Below are positions 51,257 through 61,307 of a stretch of 64,000 nt of DNA, piece after piece. Origin of the DNA: Patescibacteria group bacterium. Lineage in GTDB: Bacteria; Patescibacteriota; Patescibacteriia; Magasanikbacterales; GWA2-37-8. Below the pieces are notes generated by a model, which was not told where the DNA came from, did not search any database, and saw nothing but the letters and a program-made list of their open reading frames with translations. Position numbers and translations under genes: made by a program. The stretch is taken from assembly GCA_041649475.1 (NCBI GenBank), contig JBAZNA010000001.1:878594-942593 (forward strand), written 5' to 3'. How positions within the stretch are numbered: position 1 is the stretch's first letter; each line of letters starts with the position of its first letter.

Positions 51257-51829
51257 TTACTTTACCATCTGTAAGGCCTCTTTCATCAACTGTTCACTCG
51301 TCTTCCCCCTGCCGTCAAGCTTCTTGGCCGCCTCTCTGGCCTCGGCCGCGCCATAACCAAGGGCCATTAATCCGGCCACCACATCTCCCAAAATATCACC
51401 CTCGGCAAATTCTTCAACTGTTCCTGACCCAATCACTTTGTTTTTAAGTTCCACCACAATGCGCTCGGCGGTTTTTTTGCCGATACCGCTGACATTGGTC
51501 AAATAACCCACATCCTCGCGCGCAATCGCGGACGAAATTTCATGCACACTGCCCAAAGACAATAAATGCATGGCTGTTTTCGGGCCAATGCCGCTGACTA
51601 GTAGAAATTTGGTAAATAAATCTTTTTCTTCCGGACTGGCAAAACCGTAAAGCTCCATCGCGTTTTCGCGGACCGCCAAGTAAGTCAAAACCTGCACCTC
51701 TGTGCCCACTGTCCAACCCTGGGTGTAGCGCGCGCTCACCATTACTTCATAACCAACTCCGCCGGAAGTCAAAATTGTCACTTGTGAGCCGTTATTTTCC
51801 AAAATTTTTCCCTTCAAAACAGAAATCAT
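51257..51829 (-). CDS. ruvA: Holliday junction helicase subunit RuvA
   Basis: HhH pairs (LLSVSGIGPKTA / LTNVSGIGKKTAERI). Confidence 0.85.
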   Translation of the reverse strand: MISVLKGKILENNGSQVTILTSGGVGYEVMVSARYTQGWTVGTEVQVLTYLAVRENAMELYGFASPEEKDLFTKFLLVSGIGPKTAMHLLSLGSVHEISSAIAREDVGYLTNVSGIGKKTAERIVVELKNKVIGSGTVEEFAEGDILGDVVAGLMALGYGAAEAREAAKKLDGRGKTSEQLMKEALQMVK

Positions 51830-51843
51830 AACTCAATTTACGC

Positions 51844-53595
51844 TTATAATTCAATCGTATAAATATTTATTGGTTCCACCCTGCCTTTGACCGTGGCCGA
51901 GCCCAACGGCTTAAATTTGTAACTGGTTTTTAATTTATTTTTTGTGGTCTCACCGATGATTATATTCGTTTTATACTCCTTATTTAACCCTTCCAACCGG
52001 GAGGCCACATTCACTGTATCACCCATAGCCGTATAATTCAACCGCAACTCCGAGCCGATGTTTCCAACCACGGCCGGTCCGGTATATAACCCAATACCGA
52101 TGTTTATTTCCGGCTTGCCCTCTTGGCGCAACTCCTCATTTAAAACTTTCAGTTTGGCCAGCATGCCAACGGATGCCTTCATTGCCTTATCCGCGGAATC
52201 CGCATCATCAATCGGCGCTCCCCAAAAAGCCATAATCGCGTCGCCGATGTATTTATCCAAAACCCCGCCATATTTTAACACCTCTTCGGTCATTAAAGTA
52301 AAATAGCGATTCAAAATTTTCACCAGTTCCTGCGGTTTGGTGTTTTCCGACAAGGTTGTAAATCCGCGAATATCAGAAAAAAACACAGTAATTTCTTTTT
52401 CCTGTCCGCCCAATTTCACCTTGCCCGGGTCTTTTAGAATTTCTTTAACCACTTCCTTGGACACATATTTGGAAAACACGTTTTTCAATTCCCGTTTTTC
52501 TTTTTCAGCGATAAAATACCGGTAAACAAAAATTACCGCGGTTGGAATCGCCCAGGCCAAAGTTATATGAATAATATTGGTCACAACTCCAAACTCAAAC
52601 AAAACGATAGCCGCCAGCAGATATAAAAATCCCAAAATAATATTGTATAACAATGGCCGGATTGAACGTTTGGAGAAACTAAAGATAATAGCCGGAAGCA
52701 AAGCCGCTAAAAATATCCAAAGCAAAATATTTTGATTGCTTAAATCTGTCAACCGATACCCTTGGAGCAACATGTTGACGATATTGGCCTGAATTTCCAC
52801 GCCCGGCATATCATTTTCTTTGCCAATTGGCACCGGCTTGGCGTCGTGAAGATCAGAAGTAAAAACGCCCAGCAAAACAATTTTATTTTTTAATGAATCC
52901 AACGAATCGCCCTGATATATCTGCCAAAATGGCACCCGACGCACATGGCCCGGCGCGCCGGCAAAAACAATTCTGTTTATGTTTTGCAAATTACTTTCAT
53001 TGGGAATTTGTTCACCGCTGGCTTTGGCAACCTCATAGGCAAAAGCATTAAACACCTGCGCATTGCCGCCGTCAGTAATTATCAAAGGAAACCGGCGCAC
53101 GATTCCGTCTTTATCAGCAATGATATTAGCATGCCCCAAAGATGATTTATCCGGAACATTAAATAAAGATAAAGGAAAGTTAAAATTCAAACCAATGGCG
53201 CTGCCCTTTTTTATGGTTAACTCTGTTGTCTCAACCGGAAAAACAATCGGATAATTGGCATTTTCTATAGCCGTGGCCAAACTTTGATCATCGGCCTCCC
53301 CAAACCGCGAGGGTTCAGAAAAAACAATATCAACCCCCAACACCTTTGGTTTAACGCTGTTTAATTGCTCTAACGCCGAGGCAAAAACCTGCCTTGACCA
53401 TGGCCACTGGCCGATTTTTGAAATTGAAGCGTCATCAATCGTGACAATGACAATATCTTGATTGATTGTTTTGGGTGAAACCAGCAGATCTTCGGCCGCA
53501 TTTTCCAAACCGGAAAAAATTCCCAGTGAATAAGAACCAAAAACCAAACCGCCGGCAACTAGCGAGACCAGAAAATAGACAAACTTTTTGCGCAT
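51844..53595 (-). CDS. CHASE2-sensor class III adenylate/guanylate cyclase
   Basis: Extracytoplasmic domain plus three transmembrane helices, then FFSDIRGFT...GDAIMAFWGAP cyclase motifs. Confidence 0.8.
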   Translation of the reverse strand: MRKKFVYFLVSLVAGGLVFGSYSLGIFSGLENAAEDLLVSPKTINQDIVIVTIDDASISKIGQWPWSRQVFASALEQLNSVKPKVLGVDIVFSEPSRFGEADDQSLATAIENANYPIVFPVETTELTIKKGSAIGLNFNFPLSLFNVPDKSSLGHANIIADKDGIVRRFPLIITDGGNAQVFNAFAYEVAKASGEQIPNESNLQNINRIVFAGAPGHVRRVPFWQIYQGDSLDSLKNKIVLLGVFTSDLHDAKPVPIGKENDMPGVEIQANIVNMLLQGYRLTDLSNQNILLWIFLAALLPAIIFSFSKRSIRPLLYNIILGFLYLLAAIVLFEFGVVTNIIHITLAWAIPTAVIFVYRYFIAEKEKRELKNVFSKYVSKEVVKEILKDPGKVKLGGQEKEITVFFSDIRGFTTLSENTKPQELVKILNRYFTLMTEEVLKYGGVLDKYIGDAIMAFWGAPIDDADSADKAMKASVGMLAKLKVLNEELRQEGKPEINIGIGLYTGPAVVGNIGSELRLNYTAMGDTVNVASRLEGLNKEYKTNIIIGETTKNKLKTSYKFKPLGSATVKGRVEPINIYTIEL

Positions 53596-53599
53596 AGTG

Positions 53600-54559
53600 T
53601 TATTTTACGGTTGGAGTCACACCCAAAAGTTGCAATTGATTTAGTTGCTGTTGGGCTGTAATAAGCTGCTGTTTCATCTCTGGTGTAAGCGACGGATTGG
53701 CCTGTAAAGCTTTTATCTGATCCAATCCCTGCTGAACAGAACTTTGCATTTGTAAAATAAAGGCCTTTAATTGTGCCGGATCCGGAAGATTTGCTTTTAA
53801 ATTCAACATTAAGGCATCAGAGGTCTGCGCTTTTTGTATCCAATCCATATCTTTGACAGTGGCAGGCACAGGTTGCGCGGCCGTTTGCATCATTATTTTT
53901 TTCTCAATCACGCCGGTTACAAAATTATTATCAATCTTCAGATATTTATCCGGACCAACCACCGCCGTGTCGGCTAAAATATTATTTTTTGCATCTTTAA
54001 TCTGCACCGACACATTGTTCTCCGAACCAATAACTTCGGTACTGCCGTCAATTACTTGCACGCCAAAAGCCGTGCCCCGCACCGTGGCCACCGCGTTACT
54101 GCTTTCCACCTGCCAGCTTGAATTTGGCGTAGCCAAGCCCACTATCTTTGACCAGACCTTGCCGATGGAAACAAAAATTTTCACCACCAAGCTTTTATCC
54201 GACTGATCATAACTGGCCGCATCTATAGTAATCTCCGTGTTGGTATCCAAACGCGCCACTGACCCGTCCGGAAAATATATATTGGCAACGCCATTTTCAT
54301 CGGTCTTAATTTTATCCCCCTGGTTGACTTCTTCGCCGGTTTGGAGTTCTTTGGTTGCACCAGTATTATCAACTAAAAATACTGTTGGTCTAACAACTTC
54401 TATCCATGGCAAAGTTACCTTCTCGCTGGTTTGATCAGGTGTTACCGGTGTGTATCCTTGAGGACCGGGTTTTTTATAATTTTTGAAAAAAAACAGCGCG
54501 GCGACAACTGCCAAGACAAATAGCACCACCGCTATCCCCAAAAAAATCCATTTTTTCAT
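53600..54559 (-). CDS. FecR-domain periplasmic protein
   Basis: N-terminal transmembrane helix; ARLDTNTEITID...VRGTAFGV FecR pattern; Gln-rich C-terminal tail. Confidence 0.65.
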   Translation of the reverse strand: MKKWIFLGIAVVLFVLAVVAALFFFKNYKKPGPQGYTPVTPDQTSEKVTLPWIEVVRPTVFLVDNTGATKELQTGEEVNQGDKIKTDENGVANIYFPDGSVARLDTNTEITIDAASYDQSDKSLVVKIFVSIGKVWSKIVGLATPNSSWQVESSNAVATVRGTAFGVQVIDGSTEVIGSENNVSVQIKDAKNNILADTAVVGPDKYLKIDNNFVTGVIEKKIMMQTAAQPVPATVKDMDWIQKAQTSDALMLNLKANLPDPAQLKAFILQMQSSVQQGLDQIKALQANPSLTPEMKQQLITAQQQLNQLQLLGVTPTVK

Positions 54560-54592
54560 AGAAGCAAGTTAGATAATTACTCTATTATTCTA

Positions 54593-55558
54593 TCATTTTT
54601 TCTTGTTTCTTGAAACTCTGGTTAATCCGCTACAAGGCACGATTTCAATGCCTTTCTTTTCAAGCTGATCCAGGAATAAATTCATGCCCAGGGAGTCCGA
54701 AGAAATATGTCCGGCAATAACCACGTTCATATGAAACTCGTTGGCTTTATCCATAGCGTCATCGCGCATGTGCATACCGACAATCGTGCTGATGCCGGCG
54801 CGTGATAACTCTTGATACACTTTATTTGAAGGATTAGTGCCACCGGTCATCTCCACTAAAAATTTACCGACTTTATTTTTCGGATTGCCGGCAAAAATCT
54901 TCGGACCGGCGCCGCGTTTTTTCGCTTCCTGATATTCCGGAATTTCCATTAAGGCCTTTAACAGATCGCTGATTGTTTCCGGTTTCTTTTTAGTCAGATA
55001 TTCATGAAGAAATTTATTAACCAAATTATCGGTAATGGTATGGGTGTTAATCACATCCACTTTAAGCGCCTTGGCCAGATCAATAATCTGATAATGATTG
55101 GCCGGATGCACACTGCGGCCCACTTCTCTGATTCTTTCATCCATTAATTTTTCCGCCACATGCACCGGCATGCCCAAGTGCTCATAAACCTCAACGATCA
55201 TGTCCATCACGCTGTGCAAAGACGCCAAACTGCCGCCAATCGGGTGATGACCAATTACCAAATCAATCGGTTTACCTCTCTCATTTAACTGGCTGGCCAA
55301 TAAAATTTCGCCGGAGCCAATATCAATTCCTGATAAAACCCGTTTAACTTTTTTATCCGGGTTGCCGACATGAATTTTGCTGTCATCATACGGATTCTCC
55401 AGCCGGTCTTTATCAAAATATTTTTTCTCGTCCGGTTTCAAATCCTCATATTCTCTTTTGGTTCGCTCTAAATATTTTTTCACGCCCTTGGCGCCACGCG
55501 GATCGGCGGCCATGCCGATTTTCAGTCCCAAATCAAAAATTTGTTTTGTTGTTAACAT
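54593..55558 (-). CDS. Nif3-family dinuclear-metal protein
   Basis: VIGHHP and IAGHISSD metal-binding motifs. Confidence 0.75.
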   Translation of the reverse strand: MLTTKQIFDLGLKIGMAADPRGAKGVKKYLERTKREYEDLKPDEKKYFDKDRLENPYDDSKIHVGNPDKKVKRVLSGIDIGSGEILLASQLNERGKPIDLVIGHHPIGGSLASLHSVMDMIVEVYEHLGMPVHVAEKLMDERIREVGRSVHPANHYQIIDLAKALKVDVINTHTITDNLVNKFLHEYLTKKKPETISDLLKALMEIPEYQEAKKRGAGPKIFAGNPKNKVGKFLVEMTGGTNPSNKVYQELSRAGISTIVGMHMRDDAMDKANEFHMNVVIAGHISSDSLGMNLFLDQLEKKGIEIVPCSGLTRVSRNKKK

Positions 55559-55630
55559 ATGTAAAATTTTAATGACTTATTAGCCAATCATAGGATAAAA
55601 AAGCCAATATGTCAACCTTGAAAAGGAATT

Positions 55631-55664
55631 AAAAAAGGGCATACGGTGTGAACACCGGATGCCC
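55631..55664 (-). terminator. Intrinsic terminator GGGCAUCCGGUGUUCACACCGUAUGCCC plus U6
   Basis: 6 + 6 bp interrupted stem, then T6 on the minus strand. Confidence 0.6.
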
Positions 55665-56415
55665 AATGGGACCCGAGGATACTCTGGACCTGGGGGTGGT
55701 CGTAAATCCCCGTTTCCCGTGGGGTTCTGCTTCCCCGTGGCTCACCACTACGCAGGTGACTCGACCCATCTGCCTTTCGGCCACCAGGGCGGGTGTAGAT
55801 CTTGGGAGGGCGGCACGGGCGCTTGCATGTCATCAGTCGGGCTGTTAAGCCCTATGTGTGGAACAGCAGCTTCACCTGACGCTCCTTTCTTTTCCTCTGC
55901 GGGTGTTCGACCCCCGGATAGAGGTCGAATACTCGATAAAGGTGGGAAACGAGAGAGTGAACCCCCGCGTTTCCCGTACTGCACTGCTTCCATGCTTTGG
56001 CGCGACCCTGCGAGGTTACGGCCCTTGAGTTGAGAGAATAGTACTTCCCCGAAGGCTTTCCTATCCCGTACAACCTGGGCCTGCATAGTACCCCGAAGTG
56101 ACTTTGCCCTGCTTGGGCGTTGGCTAGGGGTGTGGTCGCCACTTAATTCCACACCTTGCGTTTAACTGCGCACGACACCTCCATCCTTGGGTGGTGTCAC
56201 CCTTGCTTGGCGCGGGAGCTTTGTCGTAATGCTCCGCAGCGCGGGTTTACGGTTTACGTGCGCCTAATGGACGCACGCACGGCGGGATCTACTTCTGTGA
56301 CCCCGAGTTAGAGAAACGGGCCATAACGCATGTGGTCCACTCCTCCACCGAGCCGCCGGCACATAGTCCGAGGGCCTTTCACAGGCCGCTAAATATTAAC
56401 GGACTACGAAAGATA
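55665..56415 (-). ncRNA. Candidate large structured ncRNA (~750 nt, ~60% GC) with its own promoter and terminator
   Basis: No credible ORF in either orientation; multiple GNRA/UUCG-capped helices (GGCCGAAAGGC, GCCUUCGGGG, CACUUCGGGG, GGGAAACG...CGUUUCCC). Confidence 0.45.
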
Positions 56416-56422
56416 ATGGATT

Positions 56423-56451
56423 AGTATAGCAGAAATTGTTCGGTTTGTCAA
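56423..56451 (-). promoter_or_regulatory. Promoter TTGACA-17-TATACT for the GC-rich ncRNA candidate
   Basis: Reverse complement of 56446-56451 is TTGACA; reverse complement of 56423-56428 is TATACT; located in a short AT-rich spacer. Confidence 0.55.
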
Positions 56452-56702
56452 CCTCTCGACCACTTTGGTCAAGAGGCAATTACTTACCACTTCGCTTTAA
56501 TGTCCCCACATAAGTGAGAGTCCAAAGATCAAAATGGAAAGTAATTGGGAGCCGAAGTGTTTGAGCACTGCGGCTGTGCCTCCAGCAATGTTCGCTCGCG
56601 CGAACGATTCGCATGGCCAGCCGCGTGGCACACTAGGGGTGCGGCTGTTAGGGCTGGTGGTCTGCCTCATACCTGATGCGCACGGAACGATCTCCGTTGA
56701 CA

Positions 56703-56918
56703 TCACAGGTCCAGGAGCAAACCCCCTTGTAGACACCCTCTGTCTTCTTGACCTTGGAGAGGTCGCTGATCTGTCGGCCGTCCTTTGACGTTGGAAGCCG
56801 CCTCCGCGAGAACTGCGAGGATGACGATGGCGATGATGACCCAGAAGGTGAACTTGTAGATCCCCTTCTCGTTCAGGTACCAGTCCATGTCGGATATCTT
56901 GTTCCTGATCTTACCCAT
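56703..56918 (-). CDS. Small single-transmembrane protein (71 aa) in a GC-rich unit
   Basis: AAGGAGAGG-N3-ATG; MGKIRNKISDMDWYLNEKGIYKFTFWVIIAIVILAVLAEAAS... Confidence 0.4.
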   Translation of the reverse strand: MGKIRNKISDMDWYLNEKGIYKFTFWVIIAIVILAVLAEAASNVKGRPTDQRPLQGQEDRGCLQGGLLLDL

Positions 56919-57224
56919 GTTCCTCTCCTTATCCTCGAACCACCCACACAAACCAACGCGCATGCGCCAGTCCGGGGCGGCTTCTTTCTCTAAGTTGAAA
57001 TGAACACAGAATGTTTCCATCCTGGACCGAGTGAACGACCCTATAACGTAGATTATTCACTTCGTTCAAAATGACAACGCCCATATTAACACAAAATCCC
57101 TCGTTGAGAGAGATTCTTGTTTGTCGCCCTTGTCAGGGCTAAAATTAGAGTATATTTTACTTGCGCCTAGCTGCACCTCTCTCAAATGCCACTATGCGCC
57201 TATTTTTTGATACTTAAACAAGCA

Positions 57225-57253
57225 AGTATAGCACAAATGAGAGATTTTGTCAA
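57225..57253 (-). promoter_or_regulatory. Promoter TTGACA-17-TATACT (30-mer paralogous to 759-787)
   Basis: Reverse complement of 57248-57253 is TTGACA; reverse complement of 57225-57230 is TATACT; immediately downstream of the ileS stop. Confidence 0.55.
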
Positions 57254-57275
57254 TAGCCCAACGGCTCGTTTCGGC

Positions 57276-60161
57276 TTATTTTGGCCTTTCTACGTTCAAT
57301 TTAACCTTCCCTCCGCCAATTTCAACCTCTTCCCCTTCCGCTCCGACCTCTATTTTTACAGCTAAAACCGACTTTTTGATCTCATCCGCATAATCGCTAA
57401 AAACCGAGCCCAACAAATCATCAGAAGTAGTATATTTAACAACCACCGCGTCATTAATCGTCAACTTCTGGTCTTTGCGCATTTGATTAATGGTCCGCAC
57501 CAGCTCGCGCACAATGCCTTCTTTTTTCAATTCTTCGGTCATCATAATATCCAACCCAACCTTCACGCTGGTATCCTCTTTCACTGTAAAATTTTCATTC
57601 GCTTCAATCCTGCCCATCTCAACTTTTTTAACATTTAATTCATCGGCAATAATCACATACAAGTCCTTGGAAAGCGCTTCGCTCAAAATCAGACGCGACA
57701 ATGGCTGGCGAACCTTGATACCTTTCTCGGCTCTCAAAGCCAAACCGAGCTCAACGACTTTTCTGGCCAAATCCATTTCATCCATTAATTTTTTATTGAT
57801 TAATTTTTCATTCACCTCCGGCCACTTATCCAAATGCACGCTTTCTTTCTCTCCGCCCAAAGCCAAATAAATTTTTTCGGCAATAAACGGGGTAAACGGC
57901 GCCATCACTTTGGATAACTGCAACAAAACATATCCCAAAGTGGTAATCGCTGATTTTTTATCCGCGCCATCATCACCCTTAAAACGATCACGACTGCGGC
58001 GGACATACCACTGTGATAATTCAGTGACAAATTCCAAAATCGGCCGGCTGGCATTTACCAATTCATAATTTTCCATGCCCTTAGTCGCGTCTCTTATAAG
58101 CAACTGCAATTTTGATAATATCCAACTATCTAAAACATTGTCGGCTTTTTTTATTTTATCTTCAACCTTTTGGTCAACCGCGTACATTTTGTAAAATTCC
58201 AAAACATTCCAAGCGGTATTTACAACTTTGTTATACATCTCACGCACGCCAATCTCGGAAAAATTTAAGGACTCGGCCGTCATGACCGGTGAAGTAGCCA
58301 AATAATACCTCATCGCATCCGCGCCGTATTTTTCCAAAACAATATCCGGCTCCGGATAATTTTTCAGACGCTTGCTCATTTTTTTGCCATCTTCTGCTAA
58401 AACAATTCCATTGACAATGACATTTTTAAACGCCGGTTTGTTCTTCAGGGCCGTTGCCAAAACATGCAAGGTATAAAACCAGCCGCGGGTCTGATCCTGG
58501 CCTTCGGCGATGAATTCTGCCGGAAAACCATTTTCAAATTTTTTCTGATTTTCAAACGGATAATGCATTTGGCCATAAGGCATACTGCCGGATTCAAACC
58601 AGACATCCAAAATTTCCGGAATGCGGCGATATTCTTTGCCATCTTTTTTTATCACATATTTATCTATAATATGCTTATGCAAATCAGTCACTTTTTGGCC
58701 GGATAATTCCGTGAGTTCAGCGGCACTGCCAACACAAATCAAATCACCCTCGGCGCTCTCCCAAACCGGCAACGGCGTGCCCCAATAACGGTTGCGTGAA
58801 ATGGCCCAATCACGCGCGCCTTCCAGCCATTTTCCAAACCGGCCTTCTTTAATATGTTCCGGCACCCAATGAATGCCTTTGTTGTTTTTCAGTAGATGGT
58901 CTTTTAATTCGGTAACTTTCACAAACCAACTGCTGGTCGCATAATTTAACAGCGGGGTATCACAACGCCAACAATGCGGATAGCTATGTTCGATTTTTTC
59001 TTTAGCAAATAATTTATTATTATGCGCCAGCCATTTTATCACTTCCACATCGGTGCGAGTTGGATCGTCTTTTGGTTTTACATCCATGTTTGGAAAATCG
59101 GTCACCGCCGGCATAAATTTTCCTTCCATGGTCACATGCTGGACCAAAGGCAGACCCTCTTCTTCGCCAACATTATAATCATCCTCGCCAAAAGCCGGGG
59201 CAATATGGACAACACCGGTGCCGTCTTCAGTGGAAACAAAATTTCCAGCCACCACCCTGAACGCTTTTGGTGTATCGGCAAAATACGGGAAGAGAGGTTC
59301 GTATTCCAAACCGACCAAATCAGAACTTGATAAATTTTTTATAACTGAATATTGTTTGTCTTTTAAAACTGAAGTTGCCCGATCCGCGGCCAAAATATAT
59401 ACACCGACCTCGCCGGCAATTTCCACTACCTGATAGCCGATTTGCGGACCGACTGCCAACAAAACATTTCCCGGTAGAGTCCAGGGGGTGGTTGTCCAAG
59501 CCAAAACATAGACATCACCGTCCAAATCTAACTTTTCCGGATTTTTTAATTTAAATTTAACCGTTGCTGAAATATCTTTTATATCTTTATAGTTCTGGGT
59601 CACCTCAAAATTTGAAAGCGGAGTCACGCAGTGTGGACAAATATGCATCGGCTTATGCCCTTTATAGATCAATTTCTTTTTCCAAAGCTCCTTGAAAACC
59701 CACCAGATGCTTTCCATAAAGGTCGGATCCATGGTTTTATAATCATTCTCCATATCAACCCACCGGCCCATTCGTCTCACCGTACTTTTCCACTCATTGG
59801 CATACATCAAAACCGTGGCCCGGCACTCTTCATTAAATTTATCAACCCCATAATCCTCAATTTCCTTTTTACTGCCCAAATTTAATTTTTGTTCAATCAA
59901 ATTTTCAACCGGCAAACCGTGGCAATCCCAACCCCAACGGCGTTCCACCCGAAAACCGCGCATTGTCCAAAAACGCGGCACCACATCTTTCATGAGCGAT
60001 GCCACCAAATGCCCGTAATGCGGCAAACCCGTGGCAAAAGGAGGCCCGTCATAAAAATGGTAGGGCTTGTTTTCCGGCCGCTCCGAAACGGACTTCTCAA
60101 AACAATGATGTTCGTCCCAATATTTTAGAATTTCTCGTTCTTGTTCGCTGGAGTTATACAT
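57276..60161 (-). CDS. ileS: Isoleucyl-tRNA synthetase (type 2, eukaryote-like KMSKR)
   Basis: 961 aa; HYGH (PHYGHLVAS) and KKMSKRLKNYPEP motifs. Confidence 0.9.
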   Translation of the reverse strand: MYNSSEQEREILKYWDEHHCFEKSVSERPENKPYHFYDGPPFATGLPHYGHLVASLMKDVVPRFWTMRGFRVERRWGWDCHGLPVENLIEQKLNLGSKKEIEDYGVDKFNEECRATVLMYANEWKSTVRRMGRWVDMENDYKTMDPTFMESIWWVFKELWKKKLIYKGHKPMHICPHCVTPLSNFEVTQNYKDIKDISATVKFKLKNPEKLDLDGDVYVLAWTTTPWTLPGNVLLAVGPQIGYQVVEIAGEVGVYILAADRATSVLKDKQYSVIKNLSSSDLVGLEYEPLFPYFADTPKAFRVVAGNFVSTEDGTGVVHIAPAFGEDDYNVGEEEGLPLVQHVTMEGKFMPAVTDFPNMDVKPKDDPTRTDVEVIKWLAHNNKLFAKEKIEHSYPHCWRCDTPLLNYATSSWFVKVTELKDHLLKNNKGIHWVPEHIKEGRFGKWLEGARDWAISRNRYWGTPLPVWESAEGDLICVGSAAELTELSGQKVTDLHKHIIDKYVIKKDGKEYRRIPEILDVWFESGSMPYGQMHYPFENQKKFENGFPAEFIAEGQDQTRGWFYTLHVLATALKNKPAFKNVIVNGIVLAEDGKKMSKRLKNYPEPDIVLEKYGADAMRYYLATSPVMTAESLNFSEIGVREMYNKVVNTAWNVLEFYKMYAVDQKVEDKIKKADNVLDSWILSKLQLLIRDATKGMENYELVNASRPILEFVTELSQWYVRRSRDRFKGDDGADKKSAITTLGYVLLQLSKVMAPFTPFIAEKIYLALGGEKESVHLDKWPEVNEKLINKKLMDEMDLARKVVELGLALRAEKGIKVRQPLSRLILSEALSKDLYVIIADELNVKKVEMGRIEANENFTVKEDTSVKVGLDIMMTEELKKEGIVRELVRTINQMRKDQKLTINDAVVVKYTTSDDLLGSVFSDYADEIKKSVLAVKIEVGAEGEEVEIGGGKVKLNVERPK

Positions 60162-60261
60162 AAAAAGTTGATAACAATAAGTAAATTTTATCTAAAATAC
60201 GGCCATTTGTCAATCAACTATGGATAAAGTATAATATAGTATCAAACTTAACATAAATTTT

Positions 60262-60714
60262 ATGCTTTTTATTGCCTCTGACCATGCCGGATTTCAACTG
60301 AAAAAAGCCCTGGTCACATATATAGAAACCCAGCTTAACCTAAAAGTTAAAGATTTGGGTCCAACCTCCTTTGCAGAGGGGGATGATTTCCCGGATTATG
60401 CCGAACCGGTGGCCAAAGAAGTGACCAAAAGCCCGGAAAATTTGGGTATTTTAATTTGCGGCACCGGACAGGGAATGTGTATCGCGGCCAATAAAGTTAA
60501 AGGCATCAGGGCCATAATCGGCTATAACATAACCGCCACTGAACTGGGTAAACAACATAACAATGCCAACATCCTGTGTCTGGCCGGCCGGGTTATTACC
60601 GAAGATCATGCCAAAGCGATCGTCAAAAAATTTACTACAACCACTTTTGAAAAAGAAGAAAGGTTCGTACGCAGAAATAAAAAAATAGAGGAGCTGGAGA
60701 AAAACAGCGTATGA
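60262..60714 (+). CDS. rpiB: Ribose-5-phosphate isomerase B
   Basis: RpiB/LacAB fold; ICGTGQGMCIAANK. Confidence 0.85.
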   Translation: MLFIASDHAGFQLKKALVTYIETQLNLKVKDLGPTSFAEGDDFPDYAEPVAKEVTKSPENLGILICGTGQGMCIAANKVKGIRAIIGYNITATELGKQHNNANILCLAGRVITEDHAKAIVKKFTTTTFEKEERFVRRNKKIEELEKNSV

Positions 60715-61304
60715 TTGCTCCTGCGATTCTTGTTTCTAACTTCAACGATTTTGAGGATCAGGTTAAACAGCTTGAAGGAATTTTTGAATACGCGCAAATT
60801 GACGTGATGGACGGAATTTTTGTGACCAATAAATCTTTCAGCGAAATTGAAAAAATAAACGGGCTGGGAAGCGCTCTGAAATTTGAACTGCATCTGATGA
60901 CTGAACATCCGCTCCAAGAAATAAAAAAATGGAAGGGTGTGAAAAATGTTTTTCGGGTAATTTTTCATATTGAAGCCAAAGACGACCCAACCGAAACCAT
61001 AAAAACCATCCAGGAAAACGGCTGGCAAACAGGAATCTGTTTAAACCCGGAAACACCTTTGACAGCCATAGAGCCATATTATAAACTTGTAGATACCATA
61101 TTGTTTATGACTGTCCATCCCGGGAAACATGGCGCGCCCTATTTGCCGGAAGTCAGCGAAAAAATAAAAGAATACAGCGGCTGGCCAAACCGGCCAAAGT
61201 GCGCAGTTGACGGCGGTATAGACGAAAAAAATATGGAAGAATTAAAATCAATCGGCGTGGAAATTTTTAATATCGGCAGTAATCGGGCAATTAATTTTGT
61301 TTAA
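60711..61304 (+). CDS. rpe: Ribulose-phosphate 3-epimerase-like
   Basis: IAPAILVSNF...DVMDG TIM-barrel motifs; 4 nt overlap with rpiB. Confidence 0.75.
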   Translation: MIAPAILVSNFNDFEDQVKQLEGIFEYAQIDVMDGIFVTNKSFSEIEKINGLGSALKFELHLMTEHPLQEIKKWKGVKNVFRVIFHIEAKDDPTETIKTIQENGWQTGICLNPETPLTAIEPYYKLVDTILFMTVHPGKHGAPYLPEVSEKIKEYSGWPNRPKCAVDGGIDEKNMEELKSIGVEIFNIGSNRAINFV

Positions 61305-61307
61305 TAT

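Noticed and set aside
55665-56415. Tested as 23S/16S rRNA fragment, RNase P, or group II intron domain V
   Set aside because: No universal rRNA motifs were found (GTGCCAGCAGCCGCGGTAA, the sarcin-ricin AGUACGAGAGGACC, and others). No GAGC...GUAC...GGUUC domain V was found. The ACAGAAG and GUAAACC similarities to RNase P CR-II/IV are too short and out of order.
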